Positions 49,001 through 64,000 of a stretch of 64,000 nucleotides of DNA are shown in pieces. The position numbers were made by a program, and so were the translations under genes. The notes beneath the pieces are model-generated. The model was not told the origin of the DNA, did not search any database, and saw only the letters and a program-made list of their open reading frames with translations. Each line of letters starts with the position of its first letter. Position 1 is the first letter of the stretch. Source of the stretch: Klebsormidium nitens (Eukaryota; Plantae; Klebsormidiophyceae); the NCBI GenBank assembly GCA_000708835.1, contig DF237334.1, forward strand, positions 1 through 64,000, given 5' to 3'.

Positions 49001-49611
49001 CCTTCAAGTTCATGTTTCAATGCACAGCTAGCTCTGTGGACGGGCATGGCATATTAAAACGCAGCAACGGGGCAACCTTGGAAAAGCTAGGGAGAGCTCA
49101 TGAGCCGAACCTTCTTTCTTTAGTGCAGTGAGCCAGGGGGGTTTTGACAAAGCATTCACAATCACGATCTTTTACACATTAGCCCTGCCCCCGCTTGATA
49201 AACGACTTTTGCGTGTGCTTCCCTTGTACATGCACAGCTCTGTCCCGATCCGCACAGTACAGGCAGCGGAGCCGGTTAAGTGTGCATGCGAAGGGTGCGT
49301 CAGCTTCAGAAAGACCTTGCTCCAGCAGTGGCAAGCGTACATGAAACCCTAGAAGTGAAGCTCAACCATGAGGCGTTAGATCCGGCCACCATGTGCATTC
49401 TGAAACCCTTCAAAAAAGCCAAGCGAATAGGCAGGCAGAACTTGATCAAATTGGTTTATAACAGGCAGGGCTCTCCCAGCCTCTCTGATTTAAAGAGTGG
49501 TCGCAGCACCTGTAGTTGGGAGTAAGCACCACCTTGAGTGACCTTTGCGGATAGTCACCGTCTGCATTTCCTCTGCAGACCGCCTCTTCCAAACTTCCTG
49601 CTCACCTCAAG

Positions 49612-52600
49612 ATGTCAGCATCGGATGACTCCCCAGGGATTGAGCCGGTAAGCAATGGTGCATTTCAACATTGAGTTGATGCCTGTTCTGCAGCACAATG
49701 TGTTCTGATGCGATATTGCCTGGTAGCAGAAGCAGTTGCCTAAAAGGTTTGATTTCCCTCAAGATTGCTATAATGGCGGCCAGATCTTGCATAAGTACTT
49801 TTCCCTGTGCCTCTGCCTTCTATCAATTGTTTCTGAAAGGATTTATATGCGGAGGGAGGATTCCGCTACCGGATTGTGCCGCACCAGCCACATTGCATTC
49901 CTCCCTATGCTTACCACGTAGGCCTGTCATTAGCACGGGAGCCGGTTCGCTCAGAAGCCCTCCTTCTGGCGATCAGAGCTTGCACGTTCATACAAAGCCT
50001 AGGAATCTCTTCAGGGTGGTCGAGCAGATGGGAGCGCCCTGACGCAATAAATGCACATATTGATACGTTTTGAGTTATTCATTAACCTGATGTTCAGGAA
50101 TCCTGTACTGTGCTCATGACTGGTGGTTTACAGCCACCAAACATGTCACAACGCCGCTAGTCTATAGCAAGGTCAAATCGCTTCAATCGATTTGGCCCTT
50201 CTCTATATGCACGATGGATGTGGCCAGACAATTGCAAGTTTGTAAATCTATACTCTACAATTATCAGCGGGGGAAAAGGACGGACTGGATTTGATTGTCG
50301 TTTCAGATGCAGGAAGAAGAGAAAGTTTCGCCAGAGCTGATGAAAGCGCTCCATGGGACGGGGCCCAAGCTGACGTTCTGGCCGCTTGTCGCGCTCATCT
50401 ACTTTGAGGTGAGGAGCACAGTGCAGCATACTTTTCTGTGGCCAGCGTCGCGACTAAGGAAGTGGAGCTACAACAGCCCGTTCACAAGGTTTGCAGCCGA
50501 GAGGTCCGCCTGAGACTTGTAGCTCACAGCGATTTGCCTCTTGTGAACATGCCGGTTGACCAAGTTATTTGGCAATTGTGATGGTTGCCAAGGTGCTTCT
50601 ATAGAAAAAGTAGCTGCTTCTTGAGAACGATCGCTCCAGAGATTGGCAACTTGCGTTGTTCTCAAATCTCGATAATTATTCTATGAAAGCGTTTTCTTAA
50701 GGAGTGGCTGCTGGCCGAGCATCGTTGTGCCCCTTTCGACTGGGCCACTCTACGGATCTGGACGAATCATTGCGCAAAAGGCAACACTGCTTCCTTCCGA
50801 GAATCCTGATTCTTCCAGGTCGCCGGATATGGCGGAATGGCAAGCATTGGGCGTGGTCCGAACTGCAATTGCCTCAATCGTGCCAGCCTCTTCAAGCGCT
50901 GGCCTGCACCATCATTGACAATAACGTGGGGCCTTTCTGTCGCTAAGAGTACTCGACTTTTCGAACCAGGTTTCGGGGGGTCCTTACGGGGTGGAGGATG
51001 TGGTCGGAGCTGGGGGCCCGCTCCTAGCCATCCTAGGCTTCCTCGTCTTTCCGCTCGTAAGTGTTCCCACATCGGTTACTGTCCAAATAGTGACCCGTCG
51101 TCATCTTACCCAGGCTGTAGGTCCATCGATATCAGAGCCTGGCTTTCATCATACGACCACAAGCTCAACATGTACTAAGAAACCACATCAGAAACTGTTG
51201 TCCGGCAGACTCTGATGGGACTAATATTCCGGAATCGTCCCTAAGCATAGGGAGAGCTCCCCTCTTGCGCAGCTTTCTTGTCCGCAGCAGCCGCTCACAA
51301 GCTCTCTCCCGCAGGTCTGGAGCGTTCCAGAGGCTCTGGTGACGGCAGAGCTTGCCACGGCCTTCCCGGAGAACGGCGGCTACGTGGTCTGGGTGACCGC
51401 CGCGTTCGGGGAGTTCTGGGGGTTCCAGGTACGGCCCGCTTCCGATGCTTCGCCTCGTTCCGCTTTTTGATTTTCCAAGTCTACTCCACTTATCCACTTC
51501 GCTGGCGTCCGTTTCCGTCGTGACCCCTGCAACACTTCCACGAGGCCAAGCATGGACATCGCTTCGAAGTACATGTCTCTGTAGGCGAGAAGAAACCGCC
51601 CTTTTGAGCACACGAACATCTCGTGGGGGCGGCGCCGTTGTGGTACGCTATCAAGCCCCGAATTCCGATGCAATCACCCTAGCAATGGGGGGAAAAGGAC
51701 AGAAGCCTGGGACAAGTGTGCACGCCAGGGAAACGGGGGCCATTCATGATTTCCGCTGACTGATTTGAACCCGCCACTTGTCCTTGCGTGCAGCAAGGGT
51801 GGTGGAAGTGGCTGAGCGGCGTGATCGACAACTCGCTGTATGCGGTCCTCTTCTTGGACTATACCAAGTCGGTCGTCCCTGCACTTGGGGGGGGCTTTGG
51901 CCGGGTCGTCAGTCTGAACGTCATCGTGTTTGTAAGTCCGCTTGTCCCTCGCGTTTTCTCTCCCTAGCAACACACCTTTGCGCGTGGGTGGTGTCACTCT
52001 GGAGTTGCGAGGTGCATGTTCTTATTGCGTGCTTTAGCCATGTAGTGCCAACGCGTAAGGTACCTAGGGGAGCTCGAAGTCCCTCCGCCGATGCCTGCCT
52101 CTCAGTTACTGGAAAGATTATCAATGAGATAAGATCCCACTTCTTCTCTATTCACCCCGCTGGCCCTTGTGTCGGCGGCTGAACATATCAAAAAGCAGCC
52201 CACCTATGAAAGCGGCCCGGATTTAGCGGAGTTCCGCCTTTCCTGCCTGCCACTTGCAAACCCCGTCACTCAATCACTCTGTTCTCAAACGAGCCCCTGT
52301 ATCTGTCTGCCATCTGCCGACTTCATAAGCTTTCAAACGAACCCCATGAATATGCCTGCAACCTCTTTATCAGCTCTGAGAACCCCATAGTTTTTTTAAC
52401 TTATCCCAGCTATTTCCTGCCTGCCAGCTGCTAACCTACCTTAACTACCGCGGCCTGACCATTGTCGGTTCTACTGCGGTCGCCCTCGGCATCTTCGGCT
52501 TTCTCCCGTTCATCGCCCTCGCTCTAGTTGCCATCCCGAGGATTCGGCCTAGTCGGTGGTGAGCACCCCCGCTGATCCTATCTCGACGTTCGATGTCAAA

Positions 52601-55600
52601 CGTCCTTCGACAAGGGGGTATGCAGTCAGATTGCAGTTCTTCGTTGGTGGATGCAACAATTATCTATCCCTTTGCTCCTTGCTGTCGCTTTGGTTTTACA
52701 AGACGCGCACTAAAGCTTTGCTTTTGCCGTGGAACTTCCTGTTGTTGCAAGAAACGCGTGCATGACACGAAGCATGTCCTCGACGGTCCGAAATCCGTTG
52801 GCTCAGTCGAGTCCATTCGCGGCTTGCTCGCGGTCGATGGGGTTCAGATACGGCACTTTGTTTCGACGGAACTAACTAAAGTCGTTGATTCTGAAGCTGC
52901 TCTAGTAACTTGAGGAGTTCCTGTAAAGTCGGAACGGTCCAAATGCCAACCCATCACGAATGTTAACAATCTCGACCTTGTTAAAACACACAACTGAGGT
53001 GACTCCAGCACCTCGTCTCGGCTGAGTAGAATCTTACCAGGAATGATTTGCTGACCAATAACGGTTGCTTTTGCTTCTGTTTGCAGGTTCGAGTACCCCC
53101 GAAGCCAAGTTTCCTGGCGGGGTTACATGAACAGCATCTTCTGGAACCTCAATTATTGGGACAGCGTCAGGTGAGCTGAGCTTTCGTTCGCAGGGCTTGG
53201 CAGGCCCCTCCAAGCCACGAGATTCGTTTTCCCTATACGCTTTCCGTAGAATTCTTGAGCTCACAAACACTTCGACGCCCCTCGTTGTTCTAAACACGTA
53301 GCGCAGTGCATAAGAAGCGGGCTGCTCCTCGTTGATATTGAACAGGACCGCAAAGCTCATATTGTGTCACGGCTCTCAAATCCAACTTCTAAAAGACAAC
53401 CGTAGACCCGATTGAACCCAAACCTCAAACCCCAACCCTCAGACCCGGATATAATCGTCAGACCCAGACTTTTGAATCAAACTCCGAATTCCATCTCAAA
53501 CCTCAGACCCGAAAACGAGATCCAAACCCAGTCCTCAAACCAACCCCAAATCTCAGACCGTAAACCCACCCCGTGCAGCACGCTGGCCGGCGAGGTCGAG
53601 AAGCCGCGGCGGGTCCTCCCGCGCGCGCTCTTCGTGGCGGTCGTGCTCGTCGTCACGAGCTACCTGCTTCCGCTCATGGTGGGCACCGGCGCCGCCCCGG
53701 TGATCCTGGAGCAGTGGCACGACGGGCACTTTGCGCAGGTCGCGTACTCGCTCGGGGGGCCAGTGCTGCGCTGGTGGCTCGTCTTTGCTGCCGCGTCGTC
53801 CAACATCGGGATGTTTGAGGCGGAGATGAGCAGGTGAGGGGGTCGCTGGGTTGAGTGCGGTCCGTGTTGCTGGATCGAGTTTTGTGGATCTGAATGGGGG
53901 AGGATGAAGTTGAAGGCTCGAGGCAGTGTCAAGAGGTGGGCATGGGAGGATGGGAATGACTGCTTAGATGGCCGGATTCGTTTGGTGGAAGCATGAGCTG
54001 GAATGCGATACTCGATCATTCGGGCTGGATACGAATTGCTGAACGTACCTCCTAGAGTGAGGAGCTGAATGTATCCAAGTGGAGCGTTCGGCTGGGCTCG
54101 GTGATAAAACGGGTGTTACTGTACGTCCATGTTCGCTCCTGATTGGCATCAGCCTGGGTTGGGAGCACAATGCAAGGGCTCCGCGGATGTGAACTGCTCG
54201 CTTGTTCGCTTGTTCGCTGCTGGTTAAATATCCCGTTTGACTTTCACTTCAGCGCCGCACCGAGCTTCTCCTTCGGCTGCCATGCATTTCAAGGCCGTGT
54301 CCCTTCAAAACTCGGGCTTGAAGCAACTCATGCGCCTCGACCCTGGGCCCCCCACAAACGACACAACGAAACGCCCCTGAAGACGTATATAAGCGATGAT
54401 CCATGACCAAGTCCCTCAAGCCTGCAACGTGCACCTCGTCATGAAGTCTCGCCGAGAAGGGTCGGAGAAGTAACGGTCAGACGGAACACAAGGTTATAGA
54501 CGGGGTCGGCGAATTTGAAGAGCCCGTACCTCGGCACAGACGTACCACTCGATCCTTCTTCTCTGCAGCGACTCGTTCCAGCTGCTGGGCATGAGCGAGC
54601 GCGGCATGCTGCCCGAGTTCTTCGCGATCCGCAGCCGCCACGGCACCCCGACGGCCGCCATCCTCTTCTCCGCCAGCGGCGTCCTCCTCCTCTCGTGGAT
54701 GAACTTCTCGCAGGTGACCGCTCGCGCTTTCGCTTGTTTGCAATCTAAGAAGCCGGGTCCGCCGGATGTCTGAGAACCGGGTGACTTTGAGAATCGTATC
54801 AGCGTTTGTGTCGGCGTTTCGGTATCAGCTATCACTTGGAAAGCGTTCGAGGCGTTTGGCAGACTGACTAACTTCTAGAGTAATCATTATCGTCTGTGAC
54901 CGCTCTTTGCTTCGAAATTGAAGTCTTTGGCAGGCCAAGCGAATGTTTTGTTTCTGACGCAGGCCAAGTGAACGGTTTGTTTCTGACGAGATCGAACACT
55001 CGCATGGGAGATTGGCGTTGCCGGTTCGAGTAGCACTTCGGGAACTAGACTGTGAACCTTCTCATCTCAAAAGTCGGTTAGAAAGAAGCTGGCGGGCGTT
55101 GCAGCCTTGTATTTTGGAGTAGCAAACACGTTTCCGGGCTTCGACAGCTGGATTGGAGGGGCTATTGGGCGAGTCAGTCAGCGAATGTTAAAGCAATTCT
55201 CGGTTCCTTCTCTCTTTGACCGCAGTCCTTGTGCGCTCTCCAGCTTCTGCTTCAGTGCGCTCGTCCTTCAACAGATTCCAATTCGGATTCAGCTTGCTTA
55301 ATCGTCTTTGAGTCTCATCCAGTCCATCTTCAAGTTTTCCTAACTGCTGCAATAGTGTCCCTTAGATGCTGTTTTGAATGTACCGCTTCGGTTCTTCCAA
55401 AAGCATCCCCCACACGACCCGTATGTGACCCTACTACTCCAAATCTGGTGGCTTTCTATCTTACATGCTCTCAATTCGCACCGGCCTTTCCAGATCGTGG
55501 AGCTGTTGAACTTCCTCTACTGCCTGGGGATGGTGCTCGAGTTTGCGGCCTTTATCTGGCTCCGAATAAAGGAACCCGACCTGGAGCGGCCTTACATGTA

Positions 55601-56826
55601 ACGCCTCTGCTCACTCGATCTCTCTAAACCAGAGAGTTTTCTCTTTCTTGCTTGTGCTGTTCTCTTCTGCCGGTTGCCGTGTCTGTGTCGAACAGCTTCA
55701 TTGCATATCTTTCTGATCGTCGTCGGGTTTATTTTAAAACTATCGAGGCTCTCCAGAAACGGCAACCACGTCTCCAGGCCGTTGGTCGACCTCTCTGAAG
55801 TGTTAAGCCTGCAGTATGTCCAGTCAAAGATAAACGCAACCGCAGAGTCTACTTCTACCACGCGTCGCAAGAAGAAAGAGAATGCCTACGTAGCCCTGTG
55901 AGGAGCTTAGAAACCACGAAAATGTGTTATACCTACAGTAGGTCCAGTCGAAAATCAAACGTTGATCAGTGCACTTGTGCTGTGGACACGTGTGAAAGTA
56001 CGTTGAAAAATATTCGCTTGCGTTGTATGCGACTGAGCCACCCCGTCCACCGTCAGGGTTCCGCTCAACACCACGGGGGTGATCATAATGTCCGCCATTC
56101 CGGTGTCCGTGCTCATCTGGGTCATGAGCCTCGCCTCCTACTATACCGTGGCCATCAGGTGAGGTCCCCCTCCGAACAACGAATGCGTTGACCTCAGTGG
56201 TTGGATAAGACGGCTTTGGCCTCAAAGACCGTTGATGTTATCTAGCCAATCGGACCGAGCTCGGATCATTAGGATCACACAAAAAGCGGGAAGACAAGAG
56301 CGACTGCAAAACCTCGTTGCTCTGGAAGCTCCCCGTGATGTCGCTGGCTTGAAAGTATGACCTAACGTCAAGCAAGTCCTTACGCCGTTGCTGCGCGTGT
56401 TCTTGTTGCTCGGCCGCACCGGCTGCCTTTGCGCTCTTTTAAAAGTCGCCTTTGCCTGTATGCGGGCGACTTGTCGCCTCATAAGCCGCTAGCTTATTTG
56501 AAGGAGTCATAAGCCAGTCATAAGTCATAAGTTCTGGCCCAGAAGCCAGAACTACGCCACCTATACAACTCCTTCATGAGCGCTCCTCTATCCCTTGTTT
56601 TCGCAGCCTGGTGGCTAGCGTGATCGGATTTGGGCTCCACCCACTGCTCGTTCTAGCAAAAAGGCACCGGTGGTGCAAGTTTTTGGTCGATCCGGGCCTT
56701 CCGGATCTAGATCACTTGGAGCACGAACATGTAGCAACCCCGGGAGATAGCTCCGAAGATAGTGGGCCCAGTCGAGGCGAGGATGCTCGACCAATGCTGA
56801 GCGATCCGAGAGGATCTGAAGGTTGA
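49612..56826 (+). CDS. PUT: Polyamine uptake transporter (PUT/RMV1-LAT family, APC superfamily), 12 exons, 505 aa
   Basis: Exons 49612-49647, 50307-50408, 50970-51056, 51315-51428, 51794-51931, 52428-52558, 53087-53170, 53579-53833, 54569-54713, 55494-55597, 56057-56158, 56607-56826 total 1518 nt. Motifs [71 protein letters not shown] and DLERPY. Confidence 0.93.
53401..53570 (+). repeat. Degenerate A/C-rich minisatellite immediately upstream of the PUT exon 8 acceptor
   Basis: Repeated (CT)CAGACCC / AAACCC / CTCAAACC units, e.g. at 53403, 53438, 53458, 53501, 53553. Confidence 0.6.
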
Positions 56827-57784
56827 ATCAATTGGACAGGGACTCGTCGGAAGCTTCGTAATGCTTTTGCACCTTCGACACTGTAATCCGTGTTAGCACA
56901 CCTACTACTGCCCCAACGGTTTCTGCACGGGATGGAATGCGCTTGCAGTTCTACAACGGACTCAATCAACGGTCACAATGTTCCAATTTTGACCGGCCGA
57001 TCCGCCCTGCACCAAGTTTCCTAGTGTCGACATCACATGGGGATTCGCGTATGTGGCCGGCTTAGTAGCCCTGTCATTGATTCTGCATCGACTGCATGTG
57101 TATCCCTGTGCACATGCATTCTTAAGGTCTACGATCTCTAGCAACGGCCGACCCCACATGTGCACTTACTCTGTGGTGATCGTGAACATCAGTGACATGT
57201 ATAAGAGCCGCTAATGGATGTTGCTGCCATTGGCACACGCCCCGTCCAAGCCGGTACCATGCCAGCCTATACACACCGCGCATGATGCAGCTTACTGCAA
57301 GTAGGCTAGGACCGGTTGCATTCAATCCGTTCAAATGAGTAGATTGCAATTCACATGTCGGTCAGTGTCAACAATGCCATGACGGTCGCGGGGACTGAAA
57401 CTGAAAACATGATGACGTACTCAAGGATTCGCAGATATGCAGTCCGGACTCCGGACCAAATTCGGTGGAAAATAGGATGAGCTGAAGATGGATTAAGGCG
57501 CAACTCTTTTATAAGCAATATAATCCCGCATTAAACCAGAATTCACAGAAAAATAACCTTGTCTATGTCATCAGTCAGCTTGCAATCTATGGTTATCATG
57601 GTCACATTTTGCATGTCCTCCCTATAATTTTATCTCCTTGTTGCCGTCCATCTTTCGCTCAACTCAGAAGCTACAGCCCATTGTAGAAGTTTTGGTATGC
57701 GCCAGCAATATCAACCTACCTACGCATCGCATTCTTGTCTTATTTCCGCAGCATAGCAGCTGCTGAAAAAATGTTTAATGTGAA

Positions 57785-62965
<5,181 letters not shown>

Positions 62966-63156
62966 TATCAGCGCGACCAGATCTAAAAGGATTTGGAAGA
63001 GAGATCACTTTTCAAACAGAGTGGACGAATGCACCACCACTTAATTACAAAGACAATGTGTCTTATTCTGGTCCGAACATGGAGTAACTCTCATCTGAAT
63101 AAGGCATGAAGATCAGCATGCACAGTAGGCGAAATGAGAGAATGGCCCCTTTGCAC

Positions 63157-63716
63157 CTCAAACCAGGAAATTGAGAAGGATCAAAGCTCTGCATGGCAAC
63201 AATTTTGCCAGCTCTTGATGCATCTAGACTAAAAGCTGAAGCTTTGCAATCAGCAATTGAATCGAGTAGATCTTTCACCACAACTACCTGTAGCTGTGTT
63301 CTTGAACCACAATTGTCAGATCAAAGACACGTGCTTTTCAGGTAAAGGCTCGCTACTTTCAATCAACAGCGTCTTGTGCACAGGGCTCATGCTCTCATGC
63401 AGATTGCCCACCCTCTTGACACATTCTTCCTCTCAACGTCAGACCTATCGAAGCTGATAATGCATGCTAAGTTTGAACACTTCGAGCACTACAGACCAAT
63501 TCAGTTTCACTGTCGGTACTCCACCACCACCATCAGAATCTTAATACCTTTATCTTTTCCTCCCCAAGTTTGTCAATTGGACGACCTGCTCACCTCCAGG
63601 TCCTTCTTGCGCAGCATTGGCAATGCTGCATACTGACCACCCAGCCGCTGCTTCAATCCGATCTGGCAACCGAAGTGGCCCACGGACGCAGTCTGGATAC
63701 ATGCAGCAGCAGCCAT
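63157..63716 (-). other. Candidate upstream (leader) exons of GAPCp carrying an out-of-frame ORF
   Basis: Exon-like 63716-63594 (ATG in GCAATGG context, donor GAG|GTGAGC) and 63287-63157 (CTGAC...CTACAG acceptor, donor GAG|GTGCAA). The ATG-bearing GAPCp exon has its own acceptor (CCTTTTAG at 62983), which implies a spliced leader. Confidence 0.35.
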
Positions 63717-64000
63717 TGCGAATTGTTCTGGCGATGCTCCCAAAGAGGTGGATTCCCACAGTTGAAGCGCTTTTCGAGAGGTGATGACAGATTTAGGAGC
63801 TGATCAGAACGTCGAATGCCAGCCGTCTGCTGTGTTCTGGACTCTGCAGAGCCAAGTTTTCCTTGTATTACTAGGGGTGACGGTGACGGATTTTAATTCC
63901 GCGGGGGGTCGGATTCGGTAGGCAAGTTTCGATGTCGCCTGCTGAAATAGACCCCCGGCAACCCGTAAATCGATCATAAGAATATTCAAAACCTGCCGTG

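Noticed and set aside
49286-49647. uORF overlapping the PUT start via a 49522-49578 intron (attractive because polyamine-pathway genes often carry uORFs)
   Set aside because: Requires a 57-nt intron, far shorter than other introns here, and the TSS is unknown; not supportable without transcript data
55800-55961. ~35-nt diverged direct repeat in PUT intron 10
   Set aside because: Real but mid-intron, with no exon or acceptor sequence; ordinary local duplication

Overview
Intron-rich eukaryotic nuclear DNA; gene content (TRM/DUF4378, plastid-targeted GAPCp, PUT transporter), high GC3 and ~0.2-1.5 kb GT-AG introns fit a streptophyte alga such as Klebsormidium (inference). I built exon-by-exon models by hand for: a two-RRM RNA-binding protein (+), SF3B3/SAP130 (+), a MYND-finger gene with an in-frame TAG (-), an F-box-like/RNI-LRR gene (-), a MOSC/mARC-type protein (+), a ~1760-aa TRM/LONGIFOLIA-like protein with an apparent homopolymer frameshift (+), a PUT/LAT polyamine transporter (+) and GAPCp (-). 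Also present are a PIF/Harbinger (Tourist-like) MITE with an internal hairpin, a 5'-truncated LINE and an intronic long inverted repeat. The most unusual signal is a recurrent pattern of tandem duplications spanning splice sites. Three genes carry stacked copies of an intron-end/exon-start unit: SF3B3 (4 copies), MOSC (3) and PUT (3). The upstream copies are decayed, and every surviving upstream AG gives a premature stop. SF3B3 intron 1 also has a duplicated branch point and the RRM gene has a duplicated in-frame donor. Because SF3b selects branch points, the SF3B3 cases suggest a possible poison-acceptor autoregulatory circuit (hypothesis). No rRNA, tRNA or CRISPR array could be supported. 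All alignments and counts were made by eye.
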